Below are positions 25,775 through 39,884 of a stretch of DNA of 64,000 nt, piece by piece. This DNA is from Octopus sinensis (Eukaryota): contig NC_042997.1 of assembly GCF_006345805.1 (NCBI RefSeq), positions 115,878,001-115,942,000 of the forward strand, written 5' to 3'. Under the pieces are notes generated by a model. The model was not told the origin of the DNA. It did no database searches and was given only the letters and a program-made list of their open reading frames with translations. A program made the position numbers and the translations under genes. The number at the start of each line of letters is the position of its first letter. Position 1 is the stretch's first letter.

Positions 25775-26180
25775 TTTGGCACAAGGCCAGCAGTTTCGGG
25801 GAAGGGAGTAAGTCGATTACATTGAACGCTGTGTTAACTGGTACTTATTTTATCGACCCAGTAAGATAAAAGGCAAAGTCGACTCTGGTGGAATTTGAAC
25901 TCAGAACGTAAAGTCGGACGAAATGTCGCTTAGCATTTTGTCCGGCGTATTAACGATTTTGCTAGCTCGCCTTATTATAATAATAATAATAATAATAATA
26001 ATAATTTAGTAAAATAACGAGCTTTCGTCCGTCTTTACCTTCAGAGTTCAAATTCCATCGTGGTCGACTTTGCCTTTCATCCATTCGGGGTCGATAAAAT
26101 AAGTACCAGTTGCGCACTGGGGCCGATGTAATCGACTAACCCACTCCCCCGAAATCAAGACTTGTGCCTAAGACAGAAAG
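25775..26180. mobile_element. SINE A copies (- 25775-25975, + about 26015-26180)
   Basis: Family core and tail sequences in opposite orientations. Confidence 0.8.
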
Positions 26181-26514
26181 GATTGTTATTATTACATTGG
26201 TAAAAGATGTATGCTGGATGCGATTCAAGGGGCCGAAGATAAACACTTTCCTCTTTGGCCAATCTCTGCTCAACTCTCCAAGTCTCTTGAAGAGGAAAAT
26301 AAGGCTGAAGAGGTAAGTGTTGCCTTCCAGCCATTTTGTTGAGAGTGGCAAGCATGGTGCGAGTGAATGGGCCAGCCCTGAGTGTAAGCCTGTAAATCGG
26401 AGATAAAGAATTGAGAGAAGGCCCTTGTCCCAGAAGTCAGGGCGCCCGAGGTTTTATGGGTTTTTTTCCGTGTGCAGCCCTCGAATTATAATTTTATCCC
26501 ACTTTTTATTATTA

Positions 26515-26835
26515 TTATTGGAGTCTTCTACTATAGACTCGGGCCGACCAAAGCCTTGTGAGTGGATTTGGAAGATGGAAACTGAAAGAAGCCCGTCGTA
26601 TATATGTATGTGTGTGTGTATGTGTGTGTACATTTTTGTGTGTCTGTGTTTGTCCCCCCAACATCGCTTGACAACCGATGGTAGTATTTACGTCCCCGTA
26701 ACTTAGAGTTTCGGCAAAAGAGACCGATAGAATAAGTACTAGGCTTATAAAGAATAAGTCCTAGGGTCGATTTGCTCGACTAAAGGCGGTGCTCCAGCAT
26801 GGCCCCCGTCAAATGACTGAAACAAGTAAAAGAGT
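26515..26835 (+). mobile_element. SINE C, head truncated (other partial copies at about 19425-19640 -, 25190-25370 -, 33610-33900 +, 39560-39710 -)
   Basis: Family body and tail sequence. Confidence 0.85.
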
Positions 26836-27777
26836 AAACCTGTTTACATACAAAAGACACACACCAATTCACACGCGCACACATAGACACACATTCAGCG
26901 TTTTCCCAAAATCTTTGGAGAAAAGGAATTGGAGACGGCACTCTCCCTTGCAGTTCTGGAGATCTTGGACGGTGGGGTCCCTCGACTACGCCAAGAAGTG
27001 CCCCTGTACCAAGGAGGACCTCATCACTATCATCCTTTTTCATCCTTTCGTTTTACTATTGTAAATTACCATGTATGCTTCCATCTTTGTTTTACTTTAT
27101 ACCGAGTATATTTTATATAAATATATATATATTATATATATATATATAGATATGTTATAGGTATATAATTATTATATAGTATGTATGTTATGTATGTATG
27201 TATATATGTAGGCGTGTATATGTATATATGTATGCATGTATATGTATATATGTATGCATGTATATGTATATATGTATGTTTCTATATACATATATGTATG
27301 TTTCTATATACATATATGTATGTATCTAAATATATATATATATATGTTTGTATATATATGTATATGTATATGTATATATATATGTATATATATGTTTATA
27401 TATATATATATGTATATGAATATGTATATGTATATATATGTTTGTGTATGTGTATATGTATATATATGTTATATATATATATATATATGTGTGTGTATGT
27501 ATGTATGTGAGTAGATGAAACAGAGACAACTGAAGAAGGGGAGTATTCTTTATGTTGCCTTCTCGTTTCTCTGTTTTTTCGTTGTTCGAAAAAAGTTCGT
27601 TCTATGCTTTTTTTTTGGTTTTCATTTCTCATTGTGTTTTTATGTGCTGAACCCATATATGCATGTATATATACATATATATGTAGGTATGTACATATAT
27701 GTATCTATGCATATGTGTATGCATATATTTATATATTATTAGATTATTATATATATATATATATATATGTGTGTGTA

Positions 27778-27832
<55 letters not shown>

Positions 27833-28569
27833 TATATTAATAATTTCATAAGGAAGCCTTCACTTGATAACAAAAAAATCAACAAATTATTATTATCAAT
27901 ATCTATTATTAATGCTATTTCCGAAGAGCGTTGTAGTTCGCTTGAAGCATTGTAAGACACAAGTAGAACATACTTTTGTAAACTATAAACGATGCTTTAA
28001 TTAAATAGATTACATTCAGCAAAACTGATAACATTAAACAGTGACTGCGAGGTATTTTCAGGAACATCACATCTAAAGTACCTGTTAAACAATCAAGCAA
28101 TATTACCCCCCCCCCACCCCCATCACAACCAGACCCTAAACCTACATACATATTTATCCCGTATTTTGGGGTCCTCCCTCATATCTCACCCACTAACAGC
28201 CTTTCCTTTATAACCTCATAGCAGAAACTTACTTATGGTGTTGTTGTTTTTGATAAAAATGGAAAAAAAAAAAAAAAAATAAAGAATAGCGATATGAGAG
28301 TAAAAAGAAAATAAAATGGTTGTTTTAAGAATGTTGGCTATCAGCCAAGATTAGTGTCATGAAGTATTTGTGTTACATACGCAGGCGTACGTACACGCAC
28401 ACACACACACATGCACATCCATTGAAATTCTTTTTGCGTTCGCTTTGCCATACTCGCATAGATCGGATATATATAAGTATATAGATATGTGTATGTACTA
28501 GCGAGTATTTCAGCCAAAACGTTGTGTACATTTAAACACTAGTGTACATTTAAACATTAGGTACCCTCA

Positions 28570-28808
28570 CCTTGTTTGTTGTTACCACAACGTTTTGGCT
28601 GAAATACTCTCCAGGCTTCATCAGGTATCCTGGGGTAATTTCGAACCTAACCCTTTATTTGACTACTGGGGTACTCTGTTCTCATTCTTAAGGTATTTTT
28701 TTGCTGATGTTATTACTTATTCAAGTCACTGTCTGGAATTGAACCCGGAATACTTGAGGTTAGTAGCGCACGCTCTTAACTACAACGCTATATGCCCGTG
28801 GGCATATA
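28570..28808 (-). mobile_element. tRNA-headed SINE-like element ending in a hammerhead-like motif
   Basis: Minus strand reads gggcatatagcgttgtagttaagagc..ggttcaattcc (A/B boxes), a linker, then CUGAUGA-a-gccug..cagcc-AAAA-cguu (GAAA mutated). Confidence 0.75.
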
Positions 28809-29519
28809 TAGAACAGTATGTGTTTAATATGTATATTTATGTATGTATTTATGCATAACTGTATGTATATATGTATGTCTATGCATATATGCACGCTACC
28901 CACCCCCGTATCACACGAACACACACACGTGCGCACACGCATATTTATATGTTTAGCGACAACCCCAGAAATTGGATCCAGTGGAGTTATGTCAGTGAAC
29001 TGGTCGCAGTTCGCGCGACGAAAATTTTGGTGCTAAATTGTAAATAATTTTAACAGACTTTGTCCCTTATTGAATGGTTAACATGCCTCTCTTCCGCTGC
29101 AACTGAGGTATATGTATGCATATATATATGTACATATATATACACGCACAATTTTTTGCATGTATTTATGTATGTACATATATATGTATATATATATGCA
29201 TGTATGTATGCATATGTATACGCGTATATATATATACACGCACACACACTCCTGTCACAACATGGGACCTTGAAGACTGCTTTAATGCAAGAAAGTATAC
29301 TAGTCCCTTAATATTTTATATTCAATATTTCATCTATTCAATAAGACAATCAATACTTCATTTCATTTTACTATATATACTATTTATACTATATATTCTA
29401 TATTCTACATTAATATTATAAAGAATATAAATAAAACATGAAAAACAGACAGAGTTGGAATTCCTTTGAATAATATATACCCCTCAATACACAATCATAC
29501 AAAGCCCTTTATATATATA

Positions 29520-30339
29520 TCTATATATATAAAACTCACGTTGTGTGTCTGAGTGTGTATCTGTGTGTGTCTGTGTGTTTAACTTCCCGGCACATCACCT
29601 CCTAGCCAACAAATCGTAGAACCACCAAAAATGGGTCATTTAAAATTTAGGCGAATGAAAATTAAACAGCGTTATTTCTGTTCCGAAATTCATCTCGCAG
29701 GTGCAAAAATCGATAATGCGTTTGTTTAGGCCATATCCCATGCATTGAATAGTGAACTTTACTCAGTCAGCTGTTTGACGTGAACTGTGTTCACCACGCG
29801 TGCAAGCATACGTAAATTGCATGTAAAATAAAAAAAAATCAAGATATTAAAACGAATCGACGTAAACATTGTAGAAATTCGGCAAAGAAATGAATTTTCG
29901 GGAGGGTTTTTTCGTATTAATCGTTCGGACTTTGTTAACACATACCAATTGTTTTCATAACATTTTTAACGCTTTGAATTAAATGTGACCATTTTGCGTT
30001 GAGTCTGCAGTTAGAATCACTTTAACCAAATTTTAGCATGCCGGATTTTTGATCATCACGATGTATCGCCAGCGACTCCCTGAAACTCTCCCCTGAAATC
30101 CCCGTTGAGAAATACTGATCTAAAAGAATAATTCAACAATGCAATTATTTGATCAACAAAAATTTATGAAACGCTTCTACATATTTTCTATTGAGGAAAT
30201 GGAACACATAAGCGCAAAAATAGAGGGCATTAAATGCTTGATTTTAAAATCAAAATAATTGAATTTTGATTGAACTTCATCCAAGTTTAGCTTAATTCGC
30301 GCGTGCATAGAACGCACGAGCGCACGAGCCGGGCAATAC

Positions 30340-30345
<6 letters not shown>
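29520..30345 (+). mobile_element. Non-autonomous Helitron-like element
   Basis: A|TCtatatatataaaa 5' end and 3' hairpin cgtgc-atagaac-gcacg (30302-30318); terminal CTAG has decayed to CTAT. Confidence 0.6.
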
Positions 30346-30402
<57 letters not shown>

Positions 30403-30832
30403 GTATATATGTATGTAATATATATATATGTGAGTGTGTGTGTGTGTGTGTGTGGTGTGTGTGTGTGTGCGTGTGTATGTAAAGGTCACCATCCCTCTTA
30501 CACACGCACATACATACTCTCTTATACCCACGCACGCGCACCTTCGTTTTGGGATCACCACTACTTCATTATCTCCTCTTCTTCCTAGCTCTCCTGTGTG
30601 ACCCCTCTGTCCGGCTTTCGCCATGATAGATCGCTAGCCACTACACATTCTTTATTTTCTCTCCTTGTCTCTTTCTGTGGAAGAGCGTAGGCACGAAACG
30701 TTAAAGACCTTGTCACTTCCAGAGCGTTAAACTAATACATCTGTTTATTGTCTACACCACCTGTCTTTGTCTTTTGTTTTGTTTTTTTTGTGAATTCTCC
30801 CATCCCTATATATATATATATATATATATATA

Positions 30833-31185
30833 CTAGCAGTATCGCCCGGCGTTGCTCGGGTTTGTAAGGGAAATAACTATAAAGCATTTTTAGAGAGTTA
30901 TAGCCAAAAAATGGGAAAAAAATGATGGTAAATTTTTTTTAGTTAAAAAGGTCGAGTTGCGTCCCCATGACAGTCTGTGGTTTGTGTTTCTGATTCTCGA
31001 CCCCATGTCGAATTTATCGATTTTTTTCAGAACTGGGGGAACTTTTCAAAATTTTCGCTGCGTTAGTTTTGAATTATGACATTGGGCTATGTGTGTGTCA
31101 AGTTTCATCAGAATCGGTTGAAAGCCGTGGTCAGGGTGAGGGTACAACCTGACAGACACACAGACACACAGACAGACAAACTGCC

Positions 31186-31226
<41 letters not shown>
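30833..31226 (-). mobile_element. Non-autonomous Helitron, same family as 4089-4472
   Basis: High identity to 4089-4472, with hairpin cccgagcaacgccggg and CTAG end. The 5' end is lost in a (TA)n expansion. Confidence 0.8.
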
Positions 31227-31230
<4 letters not shown>

Positions 31231-31401
31231 CGAAAGTTGCAAAGTGAGTGAAGGTTGAAGAGTTTCGTCCACAACGTTTGTTAAACTTTGTTGAGTGCCA
31301 TGTACGAAACTCTCGGTCCCTAAGTCATTTTGTAACTTACGTAAATTAAAAATAATATATGTATATGCATATATATATATATTTATTTATAATGTATATA
31401 C

Positions 31402-31439
<38 letters not shown>

Positions 31440-31525
31440 ATGTAGATATATGTATTATATATATATATATATATATGTAGATATAGTGCATAGATATGTG
31501 TATATGCATGTATATATACATAGAT

Positions 31526-31630
<105 letters not shown>

Positions 31631-32045
31631 CAGAAAAAGAAAAGGGGATTTAGAGAGAGAGAGAACGACAGAGAGAGACAGAAGTGGAAGTATGCAAGTG
31701 TCAGTGAACAAATACATCAACTTGCATAACTGTCTGCGAAGATATTCTATTTAATTTTCTGTTGGAAACACACATAAAAAAACAACAACAATTAGAATAA
31801 CAGCAGCCATAACAAAAAACACAAGAAAAATAACAACAGAAACGAGGCAAAAACCAACGATAACGACTCGACACGAACAACGTAACAATAACAAAAACAA
31901 CAATAACGGCCGAGTCCTTATCTGGATAAAGCTCTTTGAAGTGTAACCTTATTTCGTTGTATTCAGCGCATAATTGTTATTAATATATATATACATATAT
32001 ATATATGTGTGTGTGTGTGTATTTATGTGTGCATGTATGTATGTA

Positions 32046-32108
<63 letters not shown>

Positions 32109-32589
32109 TTCGCTTCTTGCTCTTAAAGCAAGCAATTTAGGATAAACATTAGCAACCTAATCTGTTGAGCCAAATATACCCATCCCTATTCGGTAATTGT
32201 CGTAAGGACCCTCCACAGTCTGGTAACTTTAGCAGGGGATTGTTTCAGAATAAGGTACCACATTACAAATCAAATGATAAGTAAATGGGTGTAATGAAGA
32301 ACAGTTGAGGGCAAAAAGTCGTAAGAAAAGGGAAAATTATTTATCCTGGCTTACTTTGTGTATCCTCACTTTTGGCAGATATGTGTGTGGTGTGTGTGTG
32401 TGTGGTGTGTGTGTGTGTGTAGATATATAGATAGATCTAATATAGGTAGAATCAACAAAAAATTATTCTATGCGGCCGAAAGAACTAGTTTCATGCTGTT
32501 ATGATACTTTAACTGGGCATATTTATAAAGTGCGCCATTATATCTGCAAACGATCTTTCGGGATCTGTGTTTATCCGATATATTATATT

Positions 32590-33155
32590 CTTTTCTGATC
32601 TTGGCATGAGGCCCGAAATTTTTGGAGAGGGGGCCCAGTCGATTAGATCGACCTCAGCACGCATCTGGTACTTAATTTATATACCTCGTAAAGATGAAAT
32701 TCCTCGGCGGAATTTGAACTCAGAACGTAACGGCAGACGAAATACCGCTAAGCATTTCGCACGGCGTGCTAACGTTTCTGCCAGCTCGCCGCCTTACCCG
32801 TTATATATATTTATTTCTTTGTTGCCCCCAGGGGGTAAACATATAGGGGACAAACAAAGGGATTAAGTCGATTAGATCGACACCAGTGCGTAACTGGTAC
32901 TTATTTAATCGACCCCGAAAGGATGAAAGACAAAGTCGACCTCGGCGGAATTTGAACTCAGAACATAACGGACAGACGAAATACCTATTTCTTTACTACC
33001 CACAAGGGGCTAAACAGAGAGAGGACAAACAAGTACAGACAAACGGGTCAAGTCGATTATATCGATCCCCAGTGCGTAACTGGTAGTTATTTAATTGACC
33101 CCGAAAGGATGAAAGGCTAAGTCGACCTCGGCGTGCTAACGTTTCTGCCAGATCA
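32590..33155 (-). mobile_element. Cluster of tandem SINE A units
   Basis: Reverse-complement core repeats at about 32640, 32870 and 33050; heads at about 32790 and 33150. Confidence 0.85.
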
Positions 33156-34584
33156 CCGCCTTTCCGTTATATATATTGTAAAAGCAAGGACGCCGGACCC
33201 TGAGAAAATTCAAAAACAAGACAAAAATCGAGAAGAAAAGCAACGAAGAAGGTTGATGTAAAAAATGGAACGAAAACAGGATAACCGAGACCCCCATCCT
33301 CCCTAATTGGAGAAACCACAATTAATGCAGCTGGTATAGAACAAAATAACAGAAAATATGTCAAAGACGGTGAGACGGCAACTCAACCTGGAGCGGGTGG
33401 TGTCCTCCAGTTCGACAAAAGAAACTTATCCATGTGCTTACACCTACCAAATGGACTGAGTAATTTTTCAATTGAATGTTAAATTGTTCTTATAACACAC
33501 AAGCAAACATAAATATATGTCTATAATATACATGCATGTATATACAATATGATACAAGTATTTATCATTTTTCCCCGTTAATTGCATATCTATATGTTTG
33601 ACGATATAAATCTTATGAGTGGATTTGGCAGATGGAAGCTGAAAGAAGCACGTCGTATATATACACATGTATGAGAGTGAGTGGGTATGTTTCTTTGTCT
33701 CTGTCTTCTCCACTCCTTCACAACCGGCGTTGGTGTATTTACGTCCCCGTAACTTTGCGGTTCGATAAAAGAGACGCTAGAATAAGTACTATGCTTAAAA
33801 TCAATAACGGAGTCAATTCCTTCGCCTAAAATTCTTCAATGCGGTGCCCCAGCATGACCGCAGTCTAATGATTGAAACAAGTAAAAGATGAAAGAGAAAA
33901 TATATATGCATGCACACACACACACACACACACACAAAGATGCACACACTCACTCACTCGTACACACACACACACACGCATATAAATATATATGCGTGGA
34001 GATTCCCTTCGGTCATGAATGACCGTGGGATTGCACCTAGAAAGTTACCCCCCAGGCACAAGTCCGTGGAAGGTTGTTTCTGGAAGGCCAGCAGTCGCCG
34101 ATGCATACTACCCTCCTCTCTCCACATCACTGATGTTATCCAGGGGAAAGGCAAAGTGGCCGATACACCTGTGATGTCGCAACTCATTTCTACAGCTGAG
34201 TGTACTGGAGCAACGTGAAATAAAGTGTCTTGCTCAAAAACACAACACGCAGCCCGGTCCGGGAATCGAATTCACAACCTCGCGCACTGAGGCATGCGCT
34301 TTCACTAACACCACGATGTCAAATTTTGTCCATTTTCAAGAGAAGTCGCTATTAGGTACTTTTGAAGTCTTCTTTGAAGAGTCAGATGCGACTTTATATG
34401 GAAAGAAACAATGCAGGTAATTATAAGAGGAGTTGAATTAATGCATGCAAGATTCCACAACTCTAGCATCACTCCTTCGCAGTTCTCTTTATTATGTTGA
34501 AGAGCTGTGTTTATACACGGAAATAATACTTCTTACAGAAGTCATCGCGCTATAACGGTATTTTATAATCTGTGAAGATTATAG

Positions 34585-34743
34585 GTGCAGGCGTGCTTAT
34601 GTGGTAAAAAGTTTGATTCCAAAACCACATGGTTCCGGGCTCAGTCCCATTGTGTGGCACCTTGAACAAGTGTCTTCTATTATAGGCCTCGGATCGTCCA
34701 AAGCTTTGTAAGTGGATTTGTTAGAAACTGAAAGAAGCCCGTC

Positions 34744-34798
<55 letters not shown>

Positions 34799-34975
34799 AA
34801 TGTATGTATGTATGAATGTATGTATGTATGTATGTATGTGTGTGTGTGTGTGTGTTTCTGAGATAGTACTCCACCACCGCTTAAAAACCGGGGTTGGAGT
34901 GTCTATGTCCCCGTAACTTATAGGTTAAGTAAAAGCAACAGAATAAGCACCAGGCTTAGAAAATAAGTACTGGGG
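34585..34975 (+). mobile_element. SINE C (further heads at 35998 and 37616 lie inside the tandem duplication)
   Basis: Family head, internal microsatellite and tail. Confidence 0.82.
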
Positions 34976-35824
34976 TACACACACACACACACACTCATAC
35001 GACGGGCTTCCACACACTTTCCATTTACCAAGTTAAGTCATGAGATATAGGTCCATCCAGGGTTGTTAGTAGAAGACGCCTACCCGGGGTATCGTGCAGT
35101 GGACAGAACCCCAAACCACATGGTTTGCAAAATGAGCTCCCTTAAACACACACCATGTCTGAACCTACGCACTGATTTCAAATCTCGAAGAGATCGACTC
35201 TGCTTTTCATACTTTCGAATTCCATGAAATCAAGTATCAGTCATGTGCTGGGTCGATAACCTCTCTGTACATAAGTTTCTAGCCTTGTGTCTATGTTAGA
35301 AACGAAACTATTATTAAAAGATAACGGTAAAAAGATAACGGTAGTTTGTCTGAATGCTTTCGTCCTTGTATCAAACGAATGTCCCTTCAAATTTAAAGTG
35401 ATTTCAACTTGAAAGAAACAAACATCTGGTCTGCAGTCGATTGTGTAATTACTATTTGTCGGTTAATTGTTTTTTTTACACCAAACAAGAAAAGATTGAA
35501 GAAAGTAGGCAAAAAGAAAAAATACCAAAAGCGAAAACAACAGCGAGAACAAGATTACTGTTAAATCATCATCAGTAGCAACAGAAGCATTATCCTCAAT
35601 AGAAATAACAGCAAAAACAACAATAGCTGTAGCGATGTGCTGTGGAAATACCGAAGGATATGCAAAAGACATTGAAATAAAGAAACGAGAGAGAAACAAT
35701 TAGCCAAGGTGAAAAGAGCGGTAATTAAGGGTGGCGGGTGAGCGTTGGACTTTTTTTTACATAGCAGAGTAAAACTGATTGGAGCGCCTGTTTCATCATG
35801 TATCTGTGTAAGCGCGCCTGTGTT

Positions 35825-35867
<43 letters not shown>

Positions 35868-37432
35868 ATGTGTATGTATGTATGTGTGTGTGTGTGCGTT
35901 TATGTATATATATATATATATATATATGTGTGTACGTGTGTATATATGTGTGTATGCGTGTGTGTGTATATATATTTGTGTGTGTGTAGGTATGTATAGG
36001 AGTAGCTGTGTGGCAAGAAGCTTGCTTCCCAACCACATAGTTTCGGGTTCAATCCCAGTGCGAGGCACCTTGAGCAAGTGTCTTCTACTATAGCCTCGGG
36101 CCAACCAAAGCCTTGCGAATGGATTTGGTAGATGTAAACTGAAAAAGCCCGTCATATATATATATAATATGTATATATATATATATATGTATATATTATA
36201 TATGTATATTATATATATATGTATTATATATGTATATATATATATATGTATATATATATATGTATATATATATATATTATGTATGTATGTATGGTGTGTG
36301 TGTGTGTGTGTATATACATGTGTGTGTGTGTATATATATATGTATATACATATATACATGTATATGCATATATATATATATACATATATATATATATTAT
36401 ACATATATATATGTATGTATGAATGTATGTATGTATGAATGTATGTATGTATGTGTGTGTGTGTGTGTGTGTTTCTGAGATAGTACTCCACCACCGCTTA
36501 AAAACCGGGGTTGGAGTGTCTATGTCCCCGTAACTTATAGGTTAAGTAAAAGCAACAGAATAAGCACCAGGCTTAGAAAATAAGTACTGGGGTACACACA
36601 CACACACACACTCATACGACGGGCTTCCACACACTTTCCATTTACCAAGTTAAGTCATGAGATATAGGTCCATCCAGGGTTGTTAGTAGAAGACGCCTAC
36701 CCGGGGTATCGTGCAGTGGGACAGAACCCCAAACCACATGGTTTGCAAAATGAGCTCCCTTAAACACACACCCATGTCTGAACCTACGCACTGATTTCAA
36801 ATCTCGAAGAGATCGACTCAGCTTTTCATACTTTCGAATTCCATGAAATCAAGTATCAGTCATGTGCTGGGTCGATAACCTCTCTGTACATAAGTTTCTA
36901 GCCTTGTGTCTATGTTAGAAACGAAACTATTATTAAAAGATAACGGTAAAAAGATAACGGTAGTTTGTCTGAATGCTTTCGTCCTTGTATCAAACGAATG
37001 TCCCTTCAAATTTAAAGTGATTTCAACTTGAAAGAAACAAACATCTGGTCTGCAGTCGATTGTGTAATTACTATTTGTCGGTTAATTGTTTTTTTTACAC
37101 CAAACAAGAAAAGATTGAAGAAAGTAGGCAAAAAGAAAAAAATACCAACAGCGAGAACAAGATTACTGTTAAATCATCATCAGTAGCAACAGAAGCATTA
37201 TCCTCAATAGAAATAACAGCAAAAACAACAATAGCTGTAGCGATGTGCTGTGGAAATACCGAAGGATATGCAAAAGACATTGAAATAAAGAAACGAGAGA
37301 GAAACAATTAGCCAAGGTGAAAAGAGCGGTAATTAAGGGTGGCGGGTGAGCGTTGGACTTTTTTTTACATAGCAGAGTAAAACTGATTGGAGCGCCTGTT
37401 TCATCATGTATCTGTGTAAGCGCGCCTGTGTT

Positions 37433-37470
<38 letters not shown>

Positions 37471-37771
37471 GTGTGTGTGTGTATGTGTATGTATGTATGT
37501 GTGTGTGTGCGTTTATGTATATATATATATATATATATATGTGTGTACGTGTGTATATATGTGTGTGTGTATGTGTGTGTGTGTGTATATATATTTGTGT
37601 GTGTGTAGGTATGTATAGGAGTAGCTGTGTGGCAAGAAGCTTGCTTCCCAACCACATAGTTTCGGGTTCAATCCCAGTGCGAGGCACCTTGAGCAAGTGT
37701 CTTCTACTATAGCCTCGGGCCAACAAAGCCTTGCGAATGGATTTGGTAGATGTAAACTGAAAAAGCCCGTC

Positions 37772-37865
<94 letters not shown>

Positions 37866-38030
37866 GTTATATATATATATGTATGTATGAATGTATGTAT
37901 GTGTGTGTGTGTGTGTGTATATACATGTGTGTGTGTGTATATATATATGTATATACATATATACATGTATATGCATATATATATATATACATATATATAT
38001 ATATTATACCTATATATATATGTATATATT
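34790..38030 (+). repeat. ~1.62-kb tandem duplication (two near-identical units)
   Basis: Unique anchors recur at offsets 1617-1619 (agatagtactcc at 34861/36478; agtagctgtgtggc at 36001/37620). Confidence 0.95.
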
Positions 38031-38397
38031 ATATATATTATATATGTGTGTGTGTATGTGTATGAATGTGTGTGTGTGTATGTATGTGTGTGTGTATGTA
38101 TATATGCATATATACATTTATGTATATGTATAATACAATCTTTATAGACTCGGAGTGTTTGCTGTCGAGAGGAAACAAAAGAAAATCTCAGAACGAAAAC
38201 AAGTACGCCACTTCACAGCAATCAAAACTAATCAACACGAACACTAAGAACGGCTGCAATGATAATAATATTATTAACACGATCGTCAGGAGATGTTAAA
38301 AACAATAGCAGCAACGGCAATAACATGTGGAGATGAAACAGTTAAAAATGACAGCAAAAATTTGAAAGTAGACAGTTACACACACACGTTTAATCTA

Positions 38398-38450
<53 letters not shown>

Positions 38451-38980
38451 GGGCAAAAGGCCCCCCTCCAATGGACGTGCTGAGTTGTCAAATACACATT
38501 CCCACGGCTTTATCGTTCGCTTTCTCACCTATTGTTTATAGCTTTATGTGCTCTGTGCTTCGAGAGCCGCTCTTCCAAAAAATTCTAATAAAGTCAACTA
38601 TCTCTCTTTCTCTCTCTAATTATATTATATATCATATGAAGTGTTTAGTAACAGAGTGCCATAAGCGTCACGCTGGCCATTTTCGAGGTTAATCATATTC
38701 TTTGTCTCGACGTCTAGAATCTGAAATGGTTGGGAGGAAGAACCGGTGAGGCTTGCAATACGGTCGAAAATCCGGCTGAAAAAAAAAAATTGTACCTCGA
38801 CGCTATTGACACGACACTCGCTCACCCAAACTCGGACCGGAGAGTTTAGTAACACACCATCGTAAGCACACACGCTCTATCAATAACAGTTAAAATATCA
38901 TTTTTATCATTTTATTGGTTTAAAATATAGACAGTATGTTATTTCTGAAGAAATTTAATCACGAAACAACAACAACAACA

Positions 38981-39014
<34 letters not shown>

Positions 39015-39884
39015 TTACTTCTCATCCTCCTTCTTCATTATCATCATCATCATCGTTTAACGTCCGCTTTCTATGCTGGATGGTTTGACTGGGGACTAGC
39101 AAGCCAGGAAGCAGCACCTTTATAATTTTTCGTGGTGTTATGGCTCATTTTGTAATATTCCTCGTTACCATCGTAATGATAATGGGCTATTATCTTACTA
39201 CTTTGATATATTAAAACACAAACAATACCTTTGTGGGGTGGGTGGTCTCTGTATGTTTTTGTCTAGGCATTATGGCTAAAATATACAATGCGATACATTG
39301 TTTCATAGTACCGGTATATCCTACAAAATGAGAAAGATGCAGTTATTGCTTTATCTTTCAGATACATAAATAAATAATTAGGGGAAATGATTAGAGGAGG
39401 TCTTCACGGTCATTTTAAGACCAAAACCAGTTTCCTAACTTCATTCCTTGCCGAGATATAGCATTCTGAAAGTCGTCAAGCTTTGCGTTTTTCTCGGTTT
39501 TTAAGTTGTGGCTCTTACGACGGTCGGTTAGTAAACGCCTCATATTATATGCGATAAGTATTCACACAGTTTCCACCTACCAAATACATTCAAAGCATTG
39601 GTCAGTTAAGGGCTGTAGTAGAAGACACTTGCCAATGTGCCATGCAGTAGGACTGAAACCGAAACCATGTTGTAAATGAGTTTCTTGCCCACACAGCCAT
39701 ACCTGCACATACAATGTAGAAAATTAAAATTATCTAAACAGCGTGGTAATTATCTTGGTTTAAAATCTATGTCGAAAAGGCGAAAACAATTTATTTTTTA
39801 TCCTGTGTCACGCTGAAAGTTTTTTTTTTAATTGAGTTCTGATGTCAACAGAGAAGTTTATTATTTATAACTAACTCTAGCAAT

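Noticed and set aside
26210-26320. Upstream T-box exon ending at gaagag|gtaagt
   Set aside because: The open frames end in phase 0 or 2, not the phase 1 required by the 42326 acceptor, and there is no T-box-gene similarity.
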